A stretch of DNA of 64,000 nt from Candidatus Latescibacterota bacterium (GTDB taxonomy: Bacteria; Latescibacterota; UBA2968; GCA-2709665), in NCBI GenBank assembly GCA_963667175.2, contig CAXXXF010000015.1, forward strand, positions 160,001-224,000, given 5' to 3'. Shown piece by piece: positions 9,361-18,274 of this stretch. Position 1 is the first letter of the stretch; every line of letters begins with the position of its first letter. The notes under the pieces were generated by a model. It made no database searches. It was not told where the DNA came from and saw only the letters and a program-made list of their open reading frames with translations. The translations under genes and the position numbers were made by a program.

Positions 9361-9462
9361 CAAATCACGAGGCGACGGGAACGCGCCGCGCGGACGGTCC
9401 TGCCGGGGACCGGATCTTTCGTCAGGGCTCTATTGTTCGTCCGGCCGGTTCGCGGACAGACG

Positions 9463-9819
9463 TTAACGTCGCCGGGTGAGCATGGGCCCGAGCGGACGTC
9501 CTCCAAGCAGATGCATATGCAGGTGGTAGACCTCCTGGCCGCCGTGGTCCCGGCAATTCACGATCAACCGGTATCCGTCATCGGAAAACCCTTCCTGTTC
9601 CGCGAGCCGGGCCGCCACGGTAAACAACCGGCCAAGCGCGGCCTCATCTTTGGACGATACATCGCTGACGGTGGGTATCACCTTGTTTGGAACAATCAGA
9701 ATGTGAGTCGGCGCCTGCGGATTGATATCTCGAAACGCCGTCACCAGCTCATCCTGATACGTGATTTCAGACGGTATCTCCTTCCGTATGATCTTGCTGA
9801 AGATGGTCTCGTCCGCCAT
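9463..9819 (-). CDS. hinT: Histidine triad nucleotide-binding protein
   Basis: [39 protein letters not shown]; AAGGAG RBS. Confidence 0.9.
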   Translation of the reverse strand: MADETIFSKIIRKEIPSEITYQDELVTAFRDINPQAPTHILIVPNKVIPTVSDVSSKDEAALGRLFTVAARLAEQEGFSDDGYRLIVNCRDHGGQEVYHLHMHLLGGRPLGPMLTRRR

Positions 9820-9952
9820 GAATTCTCCTTTCGGCAATCACCTCCATTTGCTATCTTCCGTGGCCAACGCTGAACAAAAAAACAACGCGCAAACCACAAA
9901 TCAAGGAATTCTTTAACCCGAGTAGCTGTTGTCCCGGAGAGAAGGCGGGAAC

Positions 9953-10216
9953 ATGCTTCCTATCCTCGATCGACTCCTGGCCGCATTTGCGACAATCCTT
10001 CTGCGGTTCTACCGGTTATTTGTCTCTCCTTTTTTACATTTCGTTTTCGGTCCCGGCAGCGGGTGCCGGTTTTATCCCACGTGCTCCCGGTACGCGCGTG
10101 ATTGCTTTCGGCAACATTCCGTTCCTGTCGCCCTGTTTCTGTCGGTCTCGCGAGTGCTGAAATGTCATCCCTTTCACCCGGGGGGATTTGATCCCGTCCC
10201 GCCGAAGCGCCAATAG
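9953..10216 (+). CDS. yidD: Membrane protein insertion efficiency factor YidD
   Basis: CRFYPTCS and CHPFHPGGFDPVP signature motifs. Confidence 0.9.
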   Translation: MLPILDRLLAAFATILLRFYRLFVSPFLHFVFGPGSGCRFYPTCSRYARDCFRQHSVPVALFLSVSRVLKCHPFHPGGFDPVPPKRQ

Positions 10217-10468
10217 ACGCGACACCCGTCAACGCCGGGCGCCCTGCCCTCCGAAGCAAGACCATCGACGGCTTCGGGACCACCCTGGCGATGCCCGGCT
10301 TTGGCCCGCGTGTCCGTTCAGACCTCCCCGTACCTTCGCTTGCTGCGGCCAGCGAGGCATTTCCCCCGCCTTTCGATACGGCGCCCCTCATCTGAGCGCC
10401 GGAGGGCCTTCAACCTTCCTGACCCGGACGCTGTCCAGCTCACACTTCCCACCCCCTCCGCCACCCTC

Positions 10469-10497
10469 TTGACTTGATATCGAAAAATCATTATCGT
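10469..10497 (+). promoter_or_regulatory. sigma70 promoter overlapped by a Fur-family-like box
   Basis: TTGACT-N17-TATCGT containing GAAAAATCATTATCG (right half AATCATTATC identical to the Fur consensus). Confidence 0.5.
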
Positions 10498-11019
10498 TAA
10501 TTTCGTGAGGGTCGCGTCCTCTTTCCGCTCCTGCCGTGAGCGCGACGCCATCGACATCATTCGCGGACCACCCCCACGTCACGGATCGGTTGGTCGATCA
10601 CGACGGCGACGCGATTCCACTCGACGACGGCTGGGTGGGGTCAGCCGGTCGAAGCAGGTCCTCCAGTCCTCCCCGGAGATGCCCGGGTTTTCCCGCCACT
10701 TGATCGTGATTGTCTCGCAATCCTCGCATGCCGGAATCCGTCACGGCCCAACGGCAAGAAACGCAGATCGTGCGGACGTTTGTTGTATAAGTGGAGTTCT
10801 CACGCACGGCACAACCTTCATCTTTCCCGTAATAATGAACCGGGTAAAGTCCCGGTTTTACCGATCGTGTGGAGTGCGTCTCGCTCTACACGTCGGAACC
10901 GGAGACAGGTGTATACGGCGGGAGCGACGTCCGAAGTCCCTCCGCGCAAGCATTCCGGGGCGTGCGCCGCCATCCGGACCTATACTTGGTCCCGCTGTTT
11001 CACAGGGAGAAGAGAGAGC

Positions 11020-11328
11020 ATGTTGATCAACACGTCACTACGCCGCCCGAACCTCGAACGGGTACGACGCATCAAGGAGGCATTGCGCGAAGCGCTAGGA
11101 CTCTCCCCTGACGCGACGGTCACGGTCACCGAGCTGGCTTGTCTCGAAGAAGGCTGCGCCCCCGTCGAAACCGTGATCGGCCTGCTTCGGCCCGATGCGC
11201 CACAGCTTCAGCATAAGTTACACAAACCCATAGACGCCGTTGACGCCAGGGACCTGATCCAGGTCTGCAAGGCGTGGGGGTTCGACGTCCGAATTTCAAT
11301 ACTCGCACATCGGCTCCGGGAGAACTAG
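11020..11328 (+). CDS. Small Cys-containing protein of the type found beside COG0523 GTPases
   Basis: ELACLEEGCAPVETVI motif; ATG after GAGAGAG; abuts the COG0523 remnant. Confidence 0.6.
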   Translation: MLINTSLRRPNLERVRRIKEALREALGLSPDATVTVTELACLEEGCAPVETVIGLLRPDAPQLQHKLHKPIDAVDARDLIQVCKAWGFDVRISILAHRLREN

Positions 11329-11592
11329 ATGAACACGCCGCGAAAAGTGCCTGTTTCCATCCTCACCGGCTTCCTCGGCTCTGGCAAGACGACCCTGCTC
11401 AACCGGATCTTGAGTGAGGAGCACGGCAAGCGCATTGCCGTGATCGAGAACGAGTACTGCGAGGTCGGCATCGATCAGGCGCTCGTCATCGACGCTGACG
11501 AAGAGACCTTCGAGCGCAATCAGCTCGTCTTCAACGGCCGCTACCTCGATGAGCAGAGCATGCGGCGGGGGTTCGAAGCATGTCTGATGTGA
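11329..11592 (+). pseudogene. COG0523/CobW-family GTPase with large in-frame internal deletion
   Basis: Walker A GFLGSGKT and IAVIENE.EVGID joined directly to the CobW_C tail RNQLVF.GR.LDE...GFEACL; only 87 aa, no CxCC motif. Confidence 0.8.
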
Positions 11593-12623
11593 ACGTCGAC
11601 AGACCCAGGGGCGTTCTTCGCCGGGGTTGGTCTGCAGCGGTCGGCGACTATGCCATCGCCGGGGGTTGGAGCCTGCGCGGTGAGGCGCTGATGGTCGGTG
11701 ACGCTGCGGGTGGCGTCTACGCCTTCGACGGCAAGTCCGGCGCGACCGCCTGGGCACGGCGGGAGGTTCATGACGGTGGTGTGCTCGCAATGGCGATCCA
11801 CCCAGGCGGAACCGCGTTCGCGACGGCCGGCCAGGACAGCCGAATCTTAATCTGGACCGCCGCCGAAGGTCAGGTAAGCCGGGCTATCGACGTCGGAAGC
11901 GGCTGGGTAGAAAACGCGGCGTGGTCGCCGGACGGCCAGTGGTTGGCGGCATCCTGCTCCCGGGAGGTCCGCGTATATGACGCCGACGGCGTGGAAGTTT
12001 GGCGATCTGATGATCATCCCAGCACCGTCAGCGCGATTGCCTGGTCGAGCTCAGGGGAGCTGGCGACGGCCTGTTACGGTCGAGTGACGTTCTTCGACGC
12101 GGCCACCGGCGAGCCACGCCAGAAGCTGGAGTGGCAGGGCTCCCTGGTGTCGATGGTCCTGAGTTCGGACGGCGATATCGTGGCCTGCGGCAGCCAGGAC
12201 AACTCGGTGCACTTCTGGCGTCGCTCCACGGAGGAGGACTCCATGATGTCGGGATATCCTGCCAAGCCGTCGGCACTGGCTTTCGACGACACCGGCGCCC
12301 TCCTAGCCACCGGGGGAGGGGAGGCGGTGACGGTCTGGAGCTTCCACGGAAGTGGTCCCGAAGGCACGCGGCCCGGCGTTTTAGAGCTTCATGTTCAGCC
12401 CGTCACGACGCTTGCCTTCGATCGCCGCTCGATGCGCCTGGCATCCGGAGGCCGTGACCGTGCCGTGGTCGTGTGGTCGCTTCAGAGAGATGGAGAAGGC
12501 GGTCCGATAGGGGTCGCGGTTGTGGAGGGCGCAGTGGCCGAATTGTACTGGCGGCCAGACGGCCGCGCGCTTGCCGCGCTCGACGCGCGGGGTGGCGTGA
12601 CGGTTTGGCGGACTCGATCTTGA
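11580..12623 (+). CDS. WD40-repeat beta-propeller protein
   Basis: Repeated ATAGQDSRILIW, ACGSQDNSVHFW, LASGGRDRAVVVW units; typical neighbour of COG0523 genes. Confidence 0.85.
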   Translation: MSDVNVDRPRGVLRRGWSAAVGDYAIAGGWSLRGEALMVGDAAGGVYAFDGKSGATAWARREVHDGGVLAMAIHPGGTAFATAGQDSRILIWTAAEGQVSRAIDVGSGWVENAAWSPDGQWLAASCSREVRVYDADGVEVWRSDDHPSTVSAIAWSSSGELATACYGRVTFFDAATGEPRQKLEWQGSLVSMVLSSDGDIVACGSQDNSVHFWRRSTEEDSMMSGYPAKPSALAFDDTGALLATGGGEAVTVWSFHGSGPEGTRPGVLELHVQPVTTLAFDRRSMRLASGGRDRAVVVWSLQRDGEGGPIGVAVVEGAVAELYWRPDGRALAALDARGGVTVWRTRS

Positions 12624-12688
12624 CGCTCAAGGGCACGGGACTTTCGCCGCCGACCGAACGCCTCTCTCTTTTCAACCAAAAATAGTAC

Positions 12689-12716
12689 TTGCCCATGAGA
12701 AAAAGTATCATATGAT
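12689..12716 (+). promoter_or_regulatory. Candidate promoter with Fur-family-like 7-1-7 box upstream of the ABC genes
   Basis: TTGCCC-N16-TATGAT; TGAGAAA-A-AGTATCA matches TGATAAT-N-ATTATCA at 11/14. Confidence 0.35.
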
Positions 12717-12720
12717 TCTG

Positions 12721-12879
12721 GTGTTCTGTCCCGATAATAAGTTGCCTGAATTCGGCCGTCGAGACGAGATGAATCGGCCGAAGAATGGTGAGGGAGCGCC
12801 TGCCTGCCGCAGGCAGGCAACGCCGTATTTCGGTCACAAGGGCCGGACGTAGCCCGGATGGACTTTATCAACGGGCTGT
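12721..12879. mobile_element. Chimeric MITE: family B left part fused to a family A end
   Basis: 12721-12793 matches 32361-32522 with an internal deletion; 12790-12879 matches the end of 13866-14060; junction at shared GAGG. Confidence 0.7.
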
Positions 12880-12979
12880 TATGGTAGGGTATCTCTGAAT
12901 CGTCACTTGCGCCTTTTGTGCTTTTTGTGGCCAATTTGACGGTTATCTCTTTTCGAATTGAGGCTATTCGGAGACTGCG

Positions 12980-13642
12980 ATGTCACTTTTGACAGTCACG
13001 AACCTCGTAAAGGCTTACGCTTCGCCTGAAGGTTCACAGAGCCGCATCATTGATGTTCCCCATTTTGAGATAGACGCAGGAAAACAGATTGCGCTCAGAG
13101 GGAGCAGCGGCGCTGGAAAAACGACGTTTCTGAATCTGATCGCTGGAATTCTACAAGCCGACGACGGATGCATTGTGCTCGCCGGCGTGGAGACGACCGC
13201 TCTCTCAGAATCCGAGCGGGACAGGCTGCGTGCCCACCACATCGGGTATATTTTCCAAACATTCAATCTACTTGCCGGCTACACAGCTTTAGAGAACGTT
13301 ATGCTCGGAATGATGTTCGGAAAAGGAATTGAAGCCAATTTTGCCCAACATCTGCTTGAACGGGTCGGACTTGGCGATCGAATGCAGTATCGCCCTTCGC
13401 AGCTATCGGTCGGGCAGCAACAACGTGTTGCGGTTGCCCGCGCCGTAGCCAATCGACCCCGTCTCGTACTCGCCGATGAACCGACCGGCAATCTGGATTC
13501 TCATCATGCCAGCGAAGCGGTGACACTTATCCGCGATATTTGCTGCGAAAACAGTGCATCGCTGCTTATCGTCAGCCACGACTCAAGCGTTCTGGGCCAG
13601 TTTGAGGAGGCAAAGGATTTCGCGCAAGTAAATCGCGTATAA
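12980..13642 (+). CDS. ABC transporter ATP-binding protein (LolD/ZrgB-like)
   Basis: GSSGAGKT, LSVGQQQRVAVARA, LADEPTGNLD, SH. Confidence 0.9.
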   Translation: MSLLTVTNLVKAYASPEGSQSRIIDVPHFEIDAGKQIALRGSSGAGKTTFLNLIAGILQADDGCIVLAGVETTALSESERDRLRAHHIGYIFQTFNLLAGYTALENVMLGMMFGKGIEANFAQHLLERVGLGDRMQYRPSQLSVGQQQRVAVARAVANRPRLVLADEPTGNLDSHHASEAVTLIRDICCENSASLLIVSHDSSVLGQFEEAKDFAQVNRV

Positions 13643-13865
13643 CGTAACTCATTCACGAAAATTCCACGTTTTCTTGAATGATTGGACGATCTCTACGCCC
13701 CGTTTCGGAAGATTTCTCCGCGGTGTCGACGTTCCGGATTTTTCGATGGAAGGCAAATTGCCGCAAGAGGCACAGAAACAGCGAATCTGTTACAGGGCGT
13801 TTCGCCGAGAGACAAGGAATACCTTGTAGGGTCACGGCGTTACGACACACGCCGTTTGGTGTCTA

Positions 13866-14060
13866 ACAGTCCGTTGAAAAAGTCGCTCTGCAGGCGAGGC
13901 CGAGTCATTGTGGCCGAAGACAAGGCGCGCGACCGACGCGAATCCCTGGATTCGGGGAGGGAGCGCCTGCCTGCCGCGCTTCGCTTGGCGCAGGCAGGCA
14001 ACGCCGTATTTCGGTCACAAGGGCCGGACGTAGCCCGGATGGACTTTATCAACGGGCTGC
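13866..14060. mobile_element. MITE-like element family A, copy 2 (inverted relative to copy 1)
   Basis: ACAGTCCGTTGAAAAA...TTTATCAACGGGCTGC, TA-flanked. Confidence 0.8.
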
Positions 14061-14135
14061 TAACCCTTTTGTGCTTTTTGTGGCCAATTTAGCGGTTATC
14101 TCTTTCGAATTGAGGTTAATGGGGATCGGAGAAAC

Positions 14136-15416
14136 GTGTTTGAGTCGAAAATGAAGAGACGGATTGGGTTGTTTTTCATCGTTCAACGCAGTCTTCGACA
14201 ACACGCGCTTTCGACCCTCATCACAACGTTGTCAATTGCGCTCGGCACGGGGCTTGTGATGGCGGTTATCGCCATCAGAACGCAATCCGTCTCGGCATTC
14301 ACGGGCGGTCCGATTGGCTTTGACGCGGTCTTGGGAGCACGCGGCAGTCCGTTACAATTGGTGCTGAACACCGTATTTCATCTCGAAACCTCGCCGGGGA
14401 ATATCCCCTGGACGATGTATCAGGCGGTGAAAGACGATCCGCGTGTCGAGCTCGCCATTCCTTACGCGCTTGGAGACAATTATTATGGTTTCCGTATTGT
14501 CGGTACGGCAGTGGAGTTGTTCACGGAGTTTGAATACCGCAAAGGGGTTCGATTTCGGACGCATGGGGATGGACGTTTTTTCGATCCCAACCGGCAGGAA
14601 GCCGTCCTTGGCAGCTACGTCGCGCAGAAGTTGAACTTAAGGGTGGGGGATACGTTTCATCCGTATCACGGCCTGGTGTTCGATGAATCCATGCGGCATG
14701 ATGAACGATATGTTATTGTTGGTGTGCTCGAAGCGACCAATTCACCGTCCGACCGTGTCATCTGGATACCAATCGAGGGCGTTTATCGACTGGAGGGGCA
14801 TGTGTTGCGGGGCGGTGGTGAAGACTATGTTGCCCAACCCGGTCGAGAGATCCCCGACGTCCACAAAGAGGTCAGCGCAGTCATGCTGAAGTTTCGCAAT
14901 CCGCAGATCGGTTTCATGATGGATGCAATGATCAACAAACAGGGGAAGGCGGCAACGTTGGCATGGCCCATCGGAGCTGTGATGGCTGGCCTGTTTGACA
15001 AAATCGGTTGGATGAAACAAATCCTGGCACTCGTCTCTTATCTGGTTGTCCTTGTTGCGTCGGGTTCAATTCTCGCAAGCATCTACAACTCCATCAACGA
15101 GCGGCGGCGCGAATTTGCCATCTTGAGATCACTTGGCGCACGTCGTAAGACGGTGTTTACGGTAATTGTGCTGGAAGCTGCATCGATCGCGGCGTTAGGA
15201 GTCATCATAGGATTTATAGTTTACGGTGCGATTTTCACCTCAGCATCAGCAATTGTCCGCACCCAGACGGGTATCGTCTTGGACCTGTTGGAATTTCATC
15301 TCGCGTTCGTACTCGTGCCGGTTTGCGTCGTACTTCTGGGTGTGATCTCTGGCATTGTGCCCGCCTTCAAGGCGTATCAGACGGACGTCGCAACGAGTTT
15401 AACACCCATAGGCTAA
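14136..15416 (+). CDS. ABC permease, MacB/FtsX family (ZrgC-like)
   Basis: DAVLGARGSPLQLVLNTVFH, IPYALGDNY, ERRREFAILRSLGA, four TM segments; start may be ATG 14151. Confidence 0.85.
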   Translation: MFESKMKRRIGLFFIVQRSLRQHALSTLITTLSIALGTGLVMAVIAIRTQSVSAFTGGPIGFDAVLGARGSPLQLVLNTVFHLETSPGNIPWTMYQAVKDDPRVELAIPYALGDNYYGFRIVGTAVELFTEFEYRKGVRFRTHGDGRFFDPNRQEAVLGSYVAQKLNLRVGDTFHPYHGLVFDESMRHDERYVIVGVLEATNSPSDRVIWIPIEGVYRLEGHVLRGGGEDYVAQPGREIPDVHKEVSAVMLKFRNPQIGFMMDAMINKQGKAATLAWPIGAVMAGLFDKIGWMKQILALVSYLVVLVASGSILASIYNSINERRREFAILRSLGARRKTVFTVIVLEAASIAALGVIIGFIVYGAIFTSASAIVRTQTGIVLDLLEFHLAFVLVPVCVVLLGVISGIVPAFKAYQTDVATSLTPIG

Positions 15417-15633
15417 TTCCCCGTCCCAAAAAATCCTCGCCATTCTTCCGCCTGCCTGCGCAGTGCCCTGCGCTGCAGGCAGGCAGATTCATCCCGTCTC
15501 GCTGCGTTCCGCCTCGCTCGCCGACCCTACGCAGGGCGCCTGCGATCAGGCGCTGGGACCTGAGCCTGTCCAGGGATGCGAGCCGGGCTACTCTGCGGCC
15601 GAATTCAGGCGGATTATTTCCCGGACGGAACAC
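15416..15633. mobile_element. MITE-like element family B (inverted copy, one TIR degenerate)
   Basis: Reverse-complement homology to 32361-32522 (GTCCCAAAAA..CCATTCTTCCG...CGGCCGAATTCAGGC..TTATTTCC.GGAC.GAACAC). Confidence 0.7.
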
Positions 15634-15691
15634 TGCTAATCGTGCGATACAACACCAACGTCAAGTCAACGTTGCAGACAGGGAGATCATC

Positions 15692-16237
15692 ATGAAGATC
15701 CAAAGAAGGCTCTTGATATGGACGGCAATTCTAGCGCTTACTATTGCTCACGCCAGTTGCGAGAAAGAGGGGGAACATCGCCACGAACACGAGGAAACAC
15801 ACGAATCCAGCGCACATCATGAACATGTGGCGCCTCACGGCGGGACCCTGGTTGTTTTTGGCGATGAGTTCGCGCACATTGAGTTTGTGCTGGACCAGAC
15901 AACGGGAAAACTCACAGGCTACGTGCTTGACGGCGAAGCGGAAAAATCGGTGAGGCTCTCACAGAAGACAATCGAACTCAAGGTACATCGAGAAGACGTC
16001 GAGTCCGACTTTCCTGTGCAACTTTCAGCGATTGCAAACGTCCTGACCGGAGAGACCGAAGGCAATACCTCCCAATTCGAAGCCCAATCGGACGCACTGA
16101 AGGGAGCATCGGAATTTCATGCGGAAATTGTCTCTATTGAAGTAAAGGGGCAGGTGTTCACTCACATTGACTTTGAGTTTCCCGAAGGCAACGAGGGAAC
16201 GCACAGTAAGCATGGCGGACATTCGTCAGGAGATTGA
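15692..16237 (+). CDS. His-rich putative lipoprotein (metal-binding accessory protein)
   Basis: Signal peptide with AHASC lipobox-like motif; EHRHEHEETHESSAHHEHVAPHGG. Confidence 0.75.
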   Translation: MKIQRRLLIWTAILALTIAHASCEKEGEHRHEHEETHESSAHHEHVAPHGGTLVVFGDEFAHIEFVLDQTTGKLTGYVLDGEAEKSVRLSQKTIELKVHREDVESDFPVQLSAIANVLTGETEGNTSQFEAQSDALKGASEFHAEIVSIEVKGQVFTHIDFEFPEGNEGTHSKHGGHSSGD

Positions 16238-16242
16238 GAAAT

Positions 16243-17343
16243 ATGGTTGGCGTATTCTCTTTTTGCGGATCACGTTTTGCCTTCTATGCAACGGTTTTTG
16301 GGTTAGTCCTCGGGATATTTGGCTTTGCCTCCGCTCAAAACGACCCGTCTGCGAGGTTAAAGACATTCACGCTGGACAAAGAGAGAAATGCGTTCATGTT
16401 TGGGGGCGGTCAGTTCAGGGCGACAGCCGAGCGTATCAATGGCAGCATTGTACTCGACCCCGATGCGTTGCAAAAGACGTTTAAGGCGACGTTCCAACTT
16501 GATATGAAACGTCTGAAAATGCAGACCGGCATTGATAAGGGGGCACAGAAGGTTTGGTGGAACGCTGACGTTTATCCGCAAGCGATCCTTCGGATTGAAA
16601 GCCTGAATGTTTCCCAGGACGTCCGACTGGTCGATGCTTTGCCCGTCACTGCCGATGCCGAGGCGACGTTTGAGTTCCATGGTGTCAAGAAGCCGGTGAA
16701 ATTGAAAGAGTTACAGTTCACCTATTTTTCAAGAAGCAGTCGGTTCGCCCAATGGTTACCCGGCGAAGTTCTACGGCTCGTCGGCGATTTTGAAATCCAA
16801 TCCTCGGACTACAACATTGAAGCTGAGCCGGAACGAACCGCTCCAATGCCGATCGATTTTGTTCTGTTTGCTATTGACAGGACCGACGCTGATGCCGCCC
16901 CTGCTGAAATGATCGGTGAGTACTTACGCGTCCCATTCAGTTTCTTGAGTGATTACTGGCTGGATGAGCCGGATTGGAGGCAGTTGGCAGATTCGGAATA
17001 CGTCGGCTCGCTCTCTTACGACTCCGAGATCCCCGATAAAGTGAAGCAACTCGATGAGAAAAAGGTCGCAATCACAGGATATATGCTGCCGATCGACGTT
17101 GACGGGGGAGAAGTGAAACGGCTCCTGCTGCTCCAGTCGACGATGTCGTGCTGTTTCGGAGTTGCACCTCGTATCAATGAGGTTATCTACGTCGAATCCT
17201 CAAGAAAGCAGAAGATTCAAATGGTGATGGACGTGCCAATCACTGTTTTTGGCAGACTGTCAGTCGGTCAGCAGTTTCGGGAGGATTTGATGCTGATGGG
17301 CGTTTATCAATTGGAGTTGGATGAGGTAAAACGTGCACGCTGA
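16243..17343 (+). CDS. YceI-like domain fused to DUF3299 (ZrgD-like) domain
   Basis: Signal peptide; FEFHGVKKPV and FEIQSSDYNI (YceI-like); IPDKVKQLDEKKVAITGYMLP...SCCFG (DUF3299-like); start uncertain (16234/16243). Confidence 0.65.
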   Translation: MVGVFSFCGSRFAFYATVFGLVLGIFGFASAQNDPSARLKTFTLDKERNAFMFGGGQFRATAERINGSIVLDPDALQKTFKATFQLDMKRLKMQTGIDKGAQKVWWNADVYPQAILRIESLNVSQDVRLVDALPVTADAEATFEFHGVKKPVKLKELQFTYFSRSSRFAQWLPGEVLRLVGDFEIQSSDYNIEAEPERTAPMPIDFVLFAIDRTDADAAPAEMIGEYLRVPFSFLSDYWLDEPDWRQLADSEYVGSLSYDSEIPDKVKQLDEKKVAITGYMLPIDVDGGEVKRLLLLQSTMSCCFGVAPRINEVIYVESSRKQKIQMVMDVPITVFGRLSVGQQFREDLMLMGVYQLELDEVKRAR

Positions 17344-17399
17344 AACGCCATCCCTTTCAACCGGGCGGATTTGATCCCGTCCCCTCGAAAAGCCCATAA
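17339..17399 (+). repeat. Duplicated 3' end of yidD
   Basis: Reads LKRHPFQPGGFDPVPSKSP* versus LKCHPFHPGGFDPVPPKRQ* in yidD. Confidence 0.85.
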
Positions 17400-17410
17400 A
17401 CCGGTCTTCC

Positions 17411-18220
17411 ATGTTCGGAATCGCCCAGATCCACTGGAGTGCCGACCCCGAGATTCTCCGCATCGGTCCGGTCGTCCTGCGCTGGTACAGCCTGTGCTTT
17501 CTGGTCACCTTCGTCCTCGGCTATTGCCTGATGCGCCGAATGTTCCGGTTCGAAGGAAAACCCGCAAAGGACCTGGACAGACTGGTAAACCATATGGTTC
17601 TCGGCACCCTCATCGGCGCACGTCTGGGACATTGTCTGTTTTACGACCCTGTATTCTACCTGACAAACCCGATCGAGATCTTCAAGATCTGGCGAGGCGG
17701 CCTTGCCAGCCACGGCGCAGCCATCGGCATTTTTTCCGCACTCTATCTGTACGCCCGAAACCGGCCGGATCAATCCTATCTCTGGATACTTGACCGCGTT
17801 GTCGTGACGGTTGCCCTTGGCGGGTTCTTCATCCGCATCGGCAACTTCTTCAACTCCGAAATATACGGCATCCCGGCTGAACTGCCCTGGGCGATCGTCT
17901 TTTCACGCGTCGATGCCGTCCCGAGGCATCCGGCGCAACTCTATGAATCGCTCGCCTACGGACTGATCTTCCTCCTCCTCTACGCGGTCTATTCCAGACA
18001 GCGCGCCGAGACGCCATCCGGACTGCTTCTCGGTCTGTTCCTCGTAACCGTGTTCTCATTCCGGGTGATCGTTGAATTCGTCAAGGTCCGCCAGGCCGCT
18101 TACGGTCACGGCTTCCCCCTCAGCGTGGGGCAGTGGCTCAGCTTCCCGCTCATCATCCTGGGCATCGTCCTTCTCGTGAATGCATCGAGGAATGCAGGCT
18201 CGAAAGCCCCGACGCCGTAA
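17411..18220 (+). CDS. lgt: Prolipoprotein diacylglyceryl transferase
   Basis: LRWYS, IGARLGH, GGLASHG, IRIGNFFNSEIYG, RHPAQLYE. Confidence 0.95.
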   Translation: MFGIAQIHWSADPEILRIGPVVLRWYSLCFLVTFVLGYCLMRRMFRFEGKPAKDLDRLVNHMVLGTLIGARLGHCLFYDPVFYLTNPIEIFKIWRGGLASHGAAIGIFSALYLYARNRPDQSYLWILDRVVVTVALGGFFIRIGNFFNSEIYGIPAELPWAIVFSRVDAVPRHPAQLYESLAYGLIFLLLYAVYSRQRAETPSGLLLGLFLVTVFSFRVIVEFVKVRQAAYGHGFPLSVGQWLSFPLIILGIVLLVNASRNAGSKAPTP

Positions 18221-18274
18221 GATCGGAGCGCCAGACACCACTGTCCCGAACGTACCTCAGAAAGGTGGAATTCG

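Larger units (their letters stand above)
10156..17399. mobile_element. Integrase-less genomic islet inserted at the yidD 3' end
   Basis: 61-bp direct repeats 10156-10216 and 17339-17399 (51/61 identical); cargo of metal-homeostasis genes, a pseudogene and MITEs; more AT-rich codon usage by eye at 12980-17343. Confidence 0.6.

Noticed and set aside
10505-11026. 173-aa ORF after the Fur-like promoter
   Set aside because: No RBS, Arg/Ser-rich non-protein-like composition, and no recognisable motif.
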